Assembly (NCBI GenBank): GCA_050950505.1
Contig: JBMNHS010000001.1
Span: 512,001 to 576,000 of the forward strand
DNA: 64,000 bases
Direction of reading: 5' to 3'
Origin: Candidatus Methanomethylophilaceae archaeon
GTDB lineage: Archaea; Thermoplasmatota; Thermoplasmata; Methanomassiliicoccales; Methanomethylophilaceae
Positions 10,030 to 18,731 of the stretch are shown here, piece after piece (the stretch's first letter is position 1; each line of letters starts with the position of its first letter). A program made the translations under genes and the position numbers. The notes beneath the pieces are model-generated. The model was not told where the DNA came from. It worked only from the letters and a program-made list of their open reading frames with translations, and did not search any database.

Positions 10030-10368
10030 TCAGAAACCATTCTTTTTCATCGTTTCCAGATATACTACGCCCCAGGATTCCATGGCGAAAATAATCGGCC
10101 GCATCGATTCTCCCAATTCACTCAGCCTGTATTCCACTCTTGGCGGCACTTCCGGATAAGCCGTTCTTACGACAATGCCGTCCGCTTCCATAGAGCGGAG
10201 ATTTTCGGTCAATACCTTTTGACTGATTCCCGGTATGGTTTTGTTCAGTTCGCCGAAACGCTGAGTTCCGGCCAATAAATTTCTCATTATGAGCAATTTC
10301 CATTTATTGCCTATCAGTCCCACCGTTGTTGCGACAGGACAGACCGGAAGTTCTTCTTTTGTCAACAT
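10030..10368 (-). CDS. HxlR/DUF24-family winged-helix transcriptional regulator
   Basis: CPVATT...IGNKWK, RFGEL, GISQKVLT.NLR.ME.DG, YPEVPPRVEY.L; ATG at 10368 (GTG 10377 alternative). Confidence 0.93.
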   Translation of the reverse strand: MLTKEELPVCPVATTVGLIGNKWKLLIMRNLLAGTQRFGELNKTIPGISQKVLTENLRSMEADGIVVRTAYPEVPPRVEYRLSELGESMRPIIFAMESWGVVYLETMKKNGF

Positions 10369-10545
10369 TCGTGTCACTTCCGATCGGCCGCACCGATCAT
10401 TCAGACGACGGCATCACTTCATAATAAGCCGTAGGTTACATTCAGGAAACCATCTAACGGAAAGGTTTCTGTCCGTTTTATCACAATTCGAAACGTTCGG
10501 ATGTTATGCGACATCCGATTGTTGCACAGAAAAAGGAGACAGAAA

Positions 10546-10731
10546 ATGAGCAAATTTGAAAAAATAAACGGATGGAACGAAAAATCATCATACGTCGCAG
10601 TGAGAGACGCACAAAGTTACCTGAACGGGACTTATGAAGGAGCCGCATGTTCCTGCGGTTCCTCATGCGGATCGGGCGACAAACCCAAAAGAAGCTCCTG
10701 CGGTTCTTCCTGCGGATCCGGAGGCAAATGA
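10546..10731 (+). CDS. Cys/Ser/Gly-rich RiPP-type precursor peptide, 61 aa (ACGX-repeat-like; SCGS x4)
   Basis: AAGGAG SD at 10533-10538, ATG 10546; MSKFEKINGWN...ACSCGSSCGSGDKPKRSSCGSSCGSGGK; its TGA overlaps the rSAM ATG (ATGA). Confidence 0.88.
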   Translation: MSKFEKINGWNEKSSYVAVRDAQSYLNGTYEGAACSCGSSCGSGDKPKRSSCGSSCGSGGK

Positions 10732-11810
10732 ACAAACAGCCCCGGGATGCCGGGGCATCTTCCGCATCGAACGGCGAACAGATGAAAGATATGTTTGCAT
10801 TTCAAATTCATATAACCGAGGAATGCGACCAGCGTTGCGAACATTGTTATATCTTCGCTGAAAACAATGACGTCGAAATACGACGCATGAGTTTGGACCA
10901 GATGACGGCCGTTGTGAATAACTGCATGGAAACGTGCAGAAAACTGGACCGCGAACCTTACTTCTATATCACCGGCGGAGATCCCATTCTGCACAAAGAC
11001 TTCTGGAAGTTTCTTGAAATATTATCTGAAAACCGCATTCGGTTTTCGATTATGGGAAACCCGTTCCATCTTAACGGGGAAGTATGCAAAAGATTGAGTA
11101 ATCTCGGTTGCGAAAAATACCAATTGTCGATTGACGGTATGCGCGACACCCATGATGCCATTCGAAAAAAAGGATCTTTCGATGCCACCCTGGAAAAAAT
11201 AAAAGACATAAGATCGGCGGGCATGGACTGTGCGATAATGACCACGGTGTCCGGACTGAACGCGGATGAAATGCCCGATATAATTGACACCGTGGTGGAA
11301 AACCATGTGGACATATTCGCATTTTCCAGATACTGCCCCACCGGGAATGAAAAAAGCGTCGGACTCACCCCGGAGGAATACCGGGAGGTTCTTGACGCAT
11401 GCTGGAAACGGTTTGAGGTTCACAAAAACAGCGGGACCTGGTTCAATCTGAAGGACCATCTCTGGAAGCTTTATCTTTTTGAGAGGGGGATGTTCAGCAT
11501 TCCGGACGGTCTTGAAGAGGATGTAATCTACGACGGATGCAACTGCGGCAATAACCATTTGACAATACTTCCTGACGGAAGCGTCTATGCGTGCAGAAGG
11601 ATGGAAAGTCCCGTGGGAAACGCGTTGGACGAGTCTCTTTATGATATATTCACCGGCAGTAAAATGGACTGTTACCGCAGGTACAACGATTTCAAAAAAT
11701 GTTCAAAATGTGAGTTGCTGAGATTTTGCAGAGGATGTCCCGCTGTTGCATGCGGCGGGACCGGGGATTTTTACTCGGCAGATCCCCAATGTTGGAAGGT
11801 GTTACCTTGA
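10728..11810 (+). CDS. Radical SAM/SPASM peptide maturase (ACGX-system-like)
   Basis: CDQRCEHC (CxxxCxxC), TGGDP, SIDG...HDAIR; SPASM C-x15-C...CxxC-x5-C-x2-C...DPQC. Confidence 0.92.
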   Translation: MNKQPRDAGASSASNGEQMKDMFAFQIHITEECDQRCEHCYIFAENNDVEIRRMSLDQMTAVVNNCMETCRKLDREPYFYITGGDPILHKDFWKFLEILSENRIRFSIMGNPFHLNGEVCKRLSNLGCEKYQLSIDGMRDTHDAIRKKGSFDATLEKIKDIRSAGMDCAIMTTVSGLNADEMPDIIDTVVENHVDIFAFSRYCPTGNEKSVGLTPEEYREVLDACWKRFEVHKNSGTWFNLKDHLWKLYLFERGMFSIPDGLEEDVIYDGCNCGNNHLTILPDGSVYACRRMESPVGNALDESLYDIFTGSKMDCYRRYNDFKKCSKCELLRFCRGCPAVACGGTGDFYSADPQCWKVLP

Positions 11811-12397
11811 ATGATACGTTAAAATCCATATTCGACAGAAGAAGCATAAGACGGTTCACGGAACAACAGGTGGGCGATGAAAATCTGAATACCATTGTGG
11901 AAGCGGGATTGTATGCCCCGAATGCAGGCAACAGACAGACAACCGTGGTGTTGATTTCCAAGAACAGGGAAATAAACGAAGAACTCGGAAAGATAAATAA
12001 AAAAGCTTTCAAAGGCCGCATATCAACGGCGGACAGGTTTATCTCCAAGGACAATCCCGGCATAGCCGACAATCCCGCCCTCGAAAGCGGATTATACGGC
12101 GCCCCCGTTGTGATAACATTGTTCGGGCCCAAGGATTTCCTTTATTCGGTTCCGGACTGCTGGGTCATGGCAGAGAATATGGCCTTGGCGGCTTATTCCC
12201 TGGGAATAGGATCATGTCTCATCGCCCGTGCGGAAGACACCTTCGACACTGATGCCGGTCAGAAGATTCAGAACGAGGCCGGCATACCTTCCGATTACAT
12301 TGCGAGGGTGCACATAGCACTGGGTTATCCGGAAAACGGGTTCCCGAAAGCAAAAGAAAGGAAAAGAAAAGACGAACGGATTCTGGTCATCGATTGA
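11807..12397 (+). CDS. Nitroreductase-family flavoprotein
   Basis: TTG start overlapping the rSAM stop (TTGA); RRSIRRF, APNAGNRQ, YGAP, ENMALAAYSLGIGSC, LGYP. Confidence 0.9.
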   Translation: MNDTLKSIFDRRSIRRFTEQQVGDENLNTIVEAGLYAPNAGNRQTTVVLISKNREINEELGKINKKAFKGRISTADRFISKDNPGIADNPALESGLYGAPVVITLFGPKDFLYSVPDCWVMAENMALAAYSLGIGSCLIARAEDTFDTDAGQKIQNEAGIPSDYIARVHIALGYPENGFPKAKERKRKDERILVID

Positions 12398-12560
12398 TTC
12401 CAATCAACGTTCATTTTTCCGGCATATTTCAGTGAATGCTTTGTCATTCTCGCGCATCTGAATGCAAATCAGCGGTGCTGACCACTTTTTTAATGTAACA
12501 AATCGTCTTATGGATGCGGTGTGCGGAGTGACCTTATCCAATATTTTCAAAAATCATCAG

Positions 12561-12634
12561 CGGGCCTGAAGGGATTCGAACCCTTGGCCGTTCGATTAAG
12601 AGTCGAACGCTCTACCTAGCTGAGCTACAGGCCC
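12561..12634 (-). tRNA. tRNA-Lys (anticodon CTT), no intron, CCA not encoded
   Basis: Reverse complement GGGCCTG-TAGCTCAGCTAGGTAGAGC-G-TTCGA-CTCTTAA-TCGAA...GGTTCGAATCC...CAGGCCCG forms a cloverleaf. Confidence 0.96.
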
Positions 12635-12757
12635 CTGCGAATTCTCTACAATCGGTCGTCATTAATAAACCTGTCTGTTATTCTCTATTACGTACGCATA
12701 ATCCAATACCCTGTGTACAGATTAATATAACTTAAACCGTTTTACGAAGTGATAACG

Positions 12758-13234
12758 ATGGCAGAGCTCAAAGTAAGGGATCTAATGACCACGCAGGTGG
12801 TTACACTCAAACCCGGGGACACCATAAAACAGGCCACGATACGTTTTGCGGTAAACAATATTTCAGGTGCGCCCATAGTTGACAATAAAAGCCACCTCAT
12901 CGGAATCATCAGCGAAGACGACGTTTTGCAACTCATCGTCAAACGTCAGGAAGAGATGGACGAGGAGGGAGGAAAGATGTTGTCGTATTCTTTCGACTCC
13001 GCAAGTCAGAATTCAATTCTTCAGGAAGCCGCAAACGATATTTCCAACACGAAGGTGGAGGAAATAATGACCCACACCGTTCTGACCACGACTCCGGACG
13101 CATCCATCGTGGATCTTCTCAAAGCCATGATTGAACGCAAGGTCAACAGAGTCCCTGTTTTGGAAAAAGGGGTTCTTGTGGGAATAATCTCCAGAGGAGA
13201 CATTGTTTTCCATATCTACAAAAGAAAAATATAA
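12758..13234 (+). CDS. CBS-domain pair protein
   Basis: VRDLMT, ISGAPIVD...GIISEDD, VNRVPV...GIISRGD. Confidence 0.9.
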   Translation: MAELKVRDLMTTQVVTLKPGDTIKQATIRFAVNNISGAPIVDNKSHLIGIISEDDVLQLIVKRQEEMDEEGGKMLSYSFDSASQNSILQEAANDISNTKVEEIMTHTVLTTTPDASIVDLLKAMIERKVNRVPVLEKGVLVGIISRGDIVFHIYKRKI

Positions 13235-13247
13235 TGCCGGAGCCGGG

Positions 13248-14015
13248 ATGGGATTGTTGGAAGCGCACATACTTGCTAGTGGGAGTGACGGGAACTGTAC
13301 CGTCATTCAATCGGGCGATGAAGCCATTATGATAGATGCGGGTCTGAGCTGCCGCAGACTTCTGTCCCTCATGGACACTCAGGGTGTGGATCCGTCAACC
13401 ATAAAGGCGATTCTGCTGACCCACGAACATACGGATCATGTAAGAGGAGCGGGGCCCACCGCAAGAAAACTGGACATTCCCGTTTATTGCAACAGGCCCA
13501 CTTACGAAGAGAGTAAACTCGGTCCCGTGGATTACAGACAGATTCACACCGGAATGCCGTTCAGTCTTTGCGGAATGGAAATATTACCCATGGCCACCTC
13601 CCACAACGCTGCGGAACCCAACGCTTTTCTGACCAAATCGGGAGATAAGAGAATACTCGTGGCGACCGACACAGGCAAACTGACTCTTCAACTGGAACAT
13701 GCTCTGTCGATATCCGATTTGGCGATAATAGAGTCCAACTACGACAGTCAGATGCTGTCTGACGGACCTTACCCTCCGAATCTGAAAAAACTGATTGACA
13801 GCGACATCGGCCATTTATCGAACGTTGCCTGCGCCAGTGCCATAAAACGGACTCAATGCAACGGGCGTCAGATATTTTTGGCCCACTTGAGCAAGACGAA
13901 CAACAAGCCGGATCTCGCAAGGGAAACCGTGGCCGAAATAACCGGTGAAAAACGATACAACCTTGATTGTCTCGAATTCCCGGGAGATACGAGAACAATC
14001 AGGGTGAAGTCCTGA
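13248..14015 (+). CDS. MBL-fold metallo-hydrolase (YycJ/PhnP-like)
   Basis: LASGSDGN, THEHTDH, SH, TDTG, ESNYD, GHLSN, HLS. Confidence 0.9.
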   Translation: MGLLEAHILASGSDGNCTVIQSGDEAIMIDAGLSCRRLLSLMDTQGVDPSTIKAILLTHEHTDHVRGAGPTARKLDIPVYCNRPTYEESKLGPVDYRQIHTGMPFSLCGMEILPMATSHNAAEPNAFLTKSGDKRILVATDTGKLTLQLEHALSISDLAIIESNYDSQMLSDGPYPPNLKKLIDSDIGHLSNVACASAIKRTQCNGRQIFLAHLSKTNNKPDLARETVAEITGEKRYNLDCLEFPGDTRTIRVKS

Positions 14016-14871
14016 TCAATACCGCTTTTTCCCTTGTAATCAAAGCGTCCGCCATGCTTCTGGGCATTGTTATCAGATCTTCCTTTTTCAGGTTGTAATC
14101 CCTGTCGGGACCGGCGAACACGGGAAGATCTTCCAGTATTCTGATGAACACGTTCTCGTCTCCGTAGGATTCTTCTTCGGTGACGGATTTTCTTTCCGGG
14201 GAGGATATGATTTCTTCCCTCTTATCTTCCTGAGCGGGTTCGGTTTCAACCGTTGATTCAATTTCCTGAACGGGTTCGGGAATCTGAACCGATTCTTCGT
14301 AAGGATTGTAGAAATCGTCCTCGGAAATTCTGTCGGAATCAAAGTCCTCGAATTCATCCTTCATCACCGGCATATCTTTCAGTGATGACGGTTCCTCTGC
14401 GGAAGGTGCGGATTTCACGACAGGTTTCGGCGGCTCCGGAGTCTCTTCGATGGGTTCTATTTTGTATCTGACGTGTCCGGTGGCACGATCGACGGATCCC
14501 ATGTGAACCCTGGCGGCTTCCAGAACGGAATCGTAAAATATTTTTTCTTCGGCGGTCAGAATATCGACGGACATCTGAGCGCCGGAAGCGGCTCTCAGAG
14601 CCATGCAGCTGACTTTGTCCATTCTCATGGATACGATGTCCCTTACCAACCGTCCCGCCTTTCTCCGGCGCTGGTTTGCGCCCTCGCACATAATCGAATC
14701 GGGATCTTCGGAAAGCAATCTTTCGTATTCGGCTTTCAAAGCAGTCAAAAGCGCGGTCATTGAAGGATAAAGATCGATTCTGACGTCCGAAAGGAGACCC
14801 TTGGTCCTTTCCTCCCTGTAAACTACCGTAAGGTCTTCGAACTTCATCGGATTCAATGTTGCCGAACGCAT
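13999..14871 (-). CDS. GINS complex subunit (Gins51/Gins15-like; start may be 14847)
   Basis: N-terminal helical YREER...RMDK...TAEEK domain, acidic linker, C-terminal RILEDLP.F.G.D..Y.L.KED beta domain. Confidence 0.75.
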   Translation of the reverse strand: MRSATLNPMKFEDLTVVYREERTKGLLSDVRIDLYPSMTALLTALKAEYERLLSEDPDSIMCEGANQRRRKAGRLVRDIVSMRMDKVSCMALRAASGAQMSVDILTAEEKIFYDSVLEAARVHMGSVDRATGHVRYKIEPIEETPEPPKPVVKSAPSAEEPSSLKDMPVMKDEFEDFDSDRISEDDFYNPYEESVQIPEPVQEIESTVETEPAQEDKREEIISSPERKSVTEEESYGDENVFIRILEDLPVFAGPDRDYNLKKEDLITMPRSMADALITREKAVLIRTSP

Positions 14872-14962
14872 CGTGATAACCTAAGCGATGTCCGTATTTT
14901 AGTTTAAGCATCTCCGCAGGTCATGGGAAAATTGAATATCACACTTAAACCATCAACAAACC

Positions 14963-15259
14963 ATGGACCTCTCGGATGTGACCCGAAAGACCGAAGAAGG
15001 CCTTGAAGTGGAAATCTACGTATCGCCACGTTCCTCCAAGCAGGGATTGGACGGTTTTGACGAATGGAGAAATCGTCTCATAGTCCGAGTAAGGGCCCCC
15101 CCTCTTGACGGCAGAGCCAACAAAGAAGTGGAAAAACTGATGAGAGATTTGACGGGAATGAAATCCGCGGTGATCAAAGGGACGACCGATCGAAGGAAAA
15201 CCGTTTCGATAGACGGCGATTATGAAACAATAATGAAAAAATTGGAAGACTCGTTATGA
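14963..15259 (+). CDS. DUF167 (YggU) family protein
   Basis: V.PRSS, VRAPPLDGRAN, G.TDRRK. Confidence 0.85.
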   Translation: MDLSDVTRKTEEGLEVEIYVSPRSSKQGLDGFDEWRNRLIVRVRAPPLDGRANKEVEKLMRDLTGMKSAVIKGTTDRRKTVSIDGDYETIMKKLEDSL

Positions 15260-15654
15260 GCAAAGACTCGGACAGATACGAAGCGATTGTGGAGATTCTC
15301 GAAGACCTGGAAGAATTGTCCGAAGGCAGCGTGATTCTGGTCGAAGGGAGAAAGGACGTATCCGCTTTGAAACATCTGGGAATAACCGGCGATATATTCA
15401 CCGTACAGTCTTCCGGAGGTCCCATAAAGGCCGCCGAATACGTTTTCGAACAGGGAAAGAATGCGGTGATTCTGACCGATTGGGACTCGAAAGGTGACAT
15501 AATCGCTTCCGATCTGGAAATACATCTGTCCGCCCTGGACGTGAGTTACGACCGGGACATAAGGGAACGTTTGGCCGGTCAGTGCAGAATCGACATCAAA
15601 GACGTGCAGGCTTTGGACGAGCTGGTGGAAAAGCTGTCTTACGCCGTTCCCTGA
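15256..15654 (+). CDS. Small Toprim-domain protein
   Basis: ILVEGRKD, LTDWDSKG. Confidence 0.85.
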   Translation: MSKDSDRYEAIVEILEDLEELSEGSVILVEGRKDVSALKHLGITGDIFTVQSSGGPIKAAEYVFEQGKNAVILTDWDSKGDIIASDLEIHLSALDVSYDRDIRERLAGQCRIDIKDVQALDELVEKLSYAVP

Positions 15655-15729
15655 ATTCCGTCGTCACCGGATATCTTACAATCATACAAACCTGTAATAT
15701 ACAGAAGAACCAATCCTTACACGGTAAGG

Positions 15730-16317
15730 ATGGAAGGCCGGTTCATTGTTTTTGAAGGCATTGACGGTGCAGGCAAAAGCACCCTGATAGACGGAGTGTC
15801 AAAATTTCTGGCCGGAAAAGGCATCGATGTGACGGTGACTGCCGAACCCTCCGACGGACCCATCGGTTCGATTATACGTTCCGGTAAAATCAAAGACATT
15901 TCTCAAAACGCCGAGGCGCTTATGTTCACGGCGGACCGGGCGTACCATACCCGGGAAATGCTCAAATGGATGAAATCGGGAAAAACCGTGCTTTGCGACA
16001 GATATTACGCTTCGACGGTGGCATATCAGGCGGCAAATCTTGACGGTACGGAATCCGACCGGGAATGGCTGATGGAAATAAACCGTCCCGTGATAACGGA
16101 ACCCGACCTTACTTTCCTTTTGGATTTGGATCCCGAGACAAGCATGCGCAGAGTCAACGACAGGGGAAACACAAGCAAATTTGAAAAAATCGAATATCTC
16201 GGAAAAGTCCGTTCCAACTATCTCGAGTTGGCCAAGGAGAAAAATTTTAAAATCATAGACGCCGCACGCACCGAAGAAGAGGTGCTGCGCGAAGTAATTA
16301 CGATAATAGGTGAATGA
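15730..16317 (+). CDS. tmk: Thymidylate (dTMP) kinase
   Basis: FEGIDGAGKST, EP, ADR, CDRYYASTVAYQ. Confidence 0.95.
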   Translation: MEGRFIVFEGIDGAGKSTLIDGVSKFLAGKGIDVTVTAEPSDGPIGSIIRSGKIKDISQNAEALMFTADRAYHTREMLKWMKSGKTVLCDRYYASTVAYQAANLDGTESDREWLMEINRPVITEPDLTFLLDLDPETSMRRVNDRGNTSKFEKIEYLGKVRSNYLELAKEKNFKIIDAARTEEEVLREVITIIGE

Positions 16318-17510
16318 AAATGCATCCTTCGGAAGAAATCTATTGCGAAAAAAGCAGCAGACTCAGAGGCAAGACGGTGGTGGTAGGCATAACCGGCAGC
16401 ATAGCCGCGACGGAATGCTTCTCCACCATAAGGGATTTGATAAGACACGGCGCAACGGTCATTCCCGTGATGACCGATGCCGCCTGCGATCTCGTAACCG
16501 TGGACACGATTGAGTTTGCTTCGGGAACAAAACCCATAACGAAACTGACGGGGCAGGCGGAACACATCAAACACATGGGGGATTCCAGATCCGCAGATCT
16601 GCTCATGGTATATCCCGCAACCGCAAACACAATATCGAAAATAGCCAACGGAATAGACGACACCACGGTGACGTCGATGGCAACCGTTGCTCTGGGCAAC
16701 GGAATACCCGTGGCGGTCGCCCCCGCGATGCATGAGGCCATGTTCAGAAATCCCGCGGTTGCGGCCAACATAAAGAAGTTGGAAGATATGGGCGTCAAGG
16801 TCATAGGCCCCCGTACCGACGGAATAAGAGCCAAAGTTGCAACCAGGGAAGAAGTGGTGTCCTGGGCGTTCAAACTTTTGTGCGGCAACGATCTCGCCGG
16901 AAGAAGAATTCTGGTGGTCGGGGGACGTTCGGAAGAACCGATTGACGACATGAGGATAATCACCAACCGTTCCACGGGCCTGATGTCGTTGTCCCTGGCT
17001 ATACGTGCTTTCGAAAGAGGGGCGGACGTGGAGCTGTGGATGGGTGCAAGCAGCGTTGACGTTCCCGATTACATCAAAACCCGCAGGTTCGAAACCGTGG
17101 CGGACCTCGTTTCCATGATTCCGGACGTCAATCACGACATAGTGATTGTCCCGGCGGCACTGTCTGATTTTGCCCCCTCCGAAATGTACAGCGGAAAGAT
17201 TCCCAGTGAGGAAGGATTCAAATCCGATTTTATTCCGGTTCCCAAGGTTCTGCCGCTGATACGTGAGAAATGCGACAGAGTCATAGGATTCAAAGCGGAA
17301 TCCGGATTTACCGACGAAGAATTGGTGGCAAGGGCGAGACTGAGACTGGAAGAATACGATTTGTACGCGGTTGTCGCCAACGATATAGACGCCGCGGGAA
17401 AATCATCCTCCGCCGCCTTGCTCGTAACTGCCGACGACTACATTGACATATCGGGATCCAAGATAAGAATTTCCGATTGTATTTTGGATTTCTGTTCCGG
17501 AAGACAATGA
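16314..17510 (+). CDS. coaBC: Bifunctional phosphopantothenoylcysteine decarboxylase/synthase
   Basis: ITGSIAA, PATANTISK, PAMH, EPIDDMR.ITNRSTG, GFKAE, VAND. Confidence 0.93.
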   Translation: MKMHPSEEIYCEKSSRLRGKTVVVGITGSIAATECFSTIRDLIRHGATVIPVMTDAACDLVTVDTIEFASGTKPITKLTGQAEHIKHMGDSRSADLLMVYPATANTISKIANGIDDTTVTSMATVALGNGIPVAVAPAMHEAMFRNPAVAANIKKLEDMGVKVIGPRTDGIRAKVATREEVVSWAFKLLCGNDLAGRRILVVGGRSEEPIDDMRIITNRSTGLMSLSLAIRAFERGADVELWMGASSVDVPDYIKTRRFETVADLVSMIPDVNHDIVIVPAALSDFAPSEMYSGKIPSEEGFKSDFIPVPKVLPLIREKCDRVIGFKAESGFTDEELVARARLRLEEYDLYAVVANDIDAAGKSSSAALLVTADDYIDISGSKIRISDCILDFCSGRQ

Positions 17511-18364
17511 CCACGGCGTTTTCTCCCGGACACATAACCTGTTTTTTCCAGCCCGTGTCTTCTTACAACCCGCTGAGCGCGGGTTCCAGAGGCGCGGGTA
17601 TACGGATCAATTTGGGCTCCACCGTCATGGTAAAACCCGCCTCGGGCAAACCCATCACGAAAATCAACGGGAACATTGTGGAAGGGGAGATAGTGAGACA
17701 CGTCGCACGTTTGCTGGACCCCGATCAAGAATATGACATCAACATAAAACACGACCTTCCCGTCGGACAGGGATTCGGAATGTCCGCCGCGGATGCGGTG
17801 GCGACATCCCTCTGCGTCTGCCGGCTGACCGGAAAAGATATGGCCGAGGGTTACCGGGCGGCCCACATGGCCGAACTCTCGGAAGGAGGGGGACGCGGAG
17901 ACGTCGCGGGCATAATGAGCAGATGTCCCCAGCCGCTGAGAACCGTTGCGGGACTGCCGCCCTTCGGAAAAGTAGAAGACACCTTCGTGTCCGTGGACAA
18001 GCTCACGCTGTTCACCGTTGGACCGCAGATTGAAACAAAATCAATTCTGTCAGACCGTAAAACAATGGCAAAGATAAGAGAAGCCGGGGCCGTCGCCACA
18101 GACGAATATCTCAATAATCTTTCTTTGAAATCCCTGTTTGAGATATCCAACCGTTTTTCGGAGGATTCGGGGTTGCGCACTTCAGAAATAAACAATGCAA
18201 TCCATGTTTTGGAAGAGGCCGGATACAGGGCGGCAATGTGTATGTTGGGCAACAGTCTTTTCACGACGGCGCCGAAAGACGCGGTGAAGGAAATAATCGG
18301 TGATGTGTGGGCCGTATCATGCAGCGCAACCGTCGAAGAGGCGAGAGTCACTCGTATAAAGTGA
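17507..18364 (+). CDS. Pantoate kinase (GHMP family)
   Basis: AFSPGHITCFF, GSRGAG, LPVGQGFGMS, AH.AE...G.GDV, MLGNSLF; coupled to coaBC. Confidence 0.85.
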   Translation: MTTAFSPGHITCFFQPVSSYNPLSAGSRGAGIRINLGSTVMVKPASGKPITKINGNIVEGEIVRHVARLLDPDQEYDINIKHDLPVGQGFGMSAADAVATSLCVCRLTGKDMAEGYRAAHMAELSEGGGRGDVAGIMSRCPQPLRTVAGLPPFGKVEDTFVSVDKLTLFTVGPQIETKSILSDRKTMAKIREAGAVATDEYLNNLSLKSLFEISNRFSEDSGLRTSEINNAIHVLEEAGYRAAMCMLGNSLFTTAPKDAVKEIIGDVWAVSCSATVEEARVTRIK

Positions 18365-18647
18365 ACAGAACATCGTCCCCGCCCACGTCGAACAATCCTA
18401 TTCTCGCACCGCAGTCCAGCCAGCCGTGGGCATAATTGACGGCGGCGAAAGCCGTTACCAAATCACCCTCATCACGGAAATGCCTGGCATCGTTGTAGTA
18501 AGATTCGGCCATGTTGAGGAAATCTTCCGCCAATCTGCGGCCGAATGATTTTTCGGGAGCCGCGATTTTCAGTTTTTCCAACGCTCTTGACGTGATATCC
18601 AGATAACGGGCGATTTTTTCCGGGGTGACGGTATCCTTCACGGACAT
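18348..18647 (-). CDS. DUF357-family protein
   Basis: MAESYYNDA.HF...GD...AFAAVNYAHGWLD.G. Confidence 0.8.
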   Translation of the reverse strand: MSVKDTVTPEKIARYLDITSRALEKLKIAAPEKSFGRRLAEDFLNMAESYYNDARHFRDEGDLVTAFAAVNYAHGWLDCGARIGLFDVGGDDVLFTLYE

Positions 18648-18731
18648 ACTCCGACTATGAACGGATTACGATATAATCCTGCTGGGAGCGTTTTAGATAA
18701 GATAATATTACCCGAGTGGTATCGTGGGCTC

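Noticed and set aside
10647-10727. Upstream extension of the rSAM ORF and alternative ORFs 10632-10994 and 10634-10861
   Set aside because: Other frames of the precursor peptide repeat; the ATGA overlap supports a 10728 start
5940-12560. Intact integrative element or provirus with att sites
   Set aside because: No integrase, transposase, viral gene or tRNA-end direct repeat found by eye
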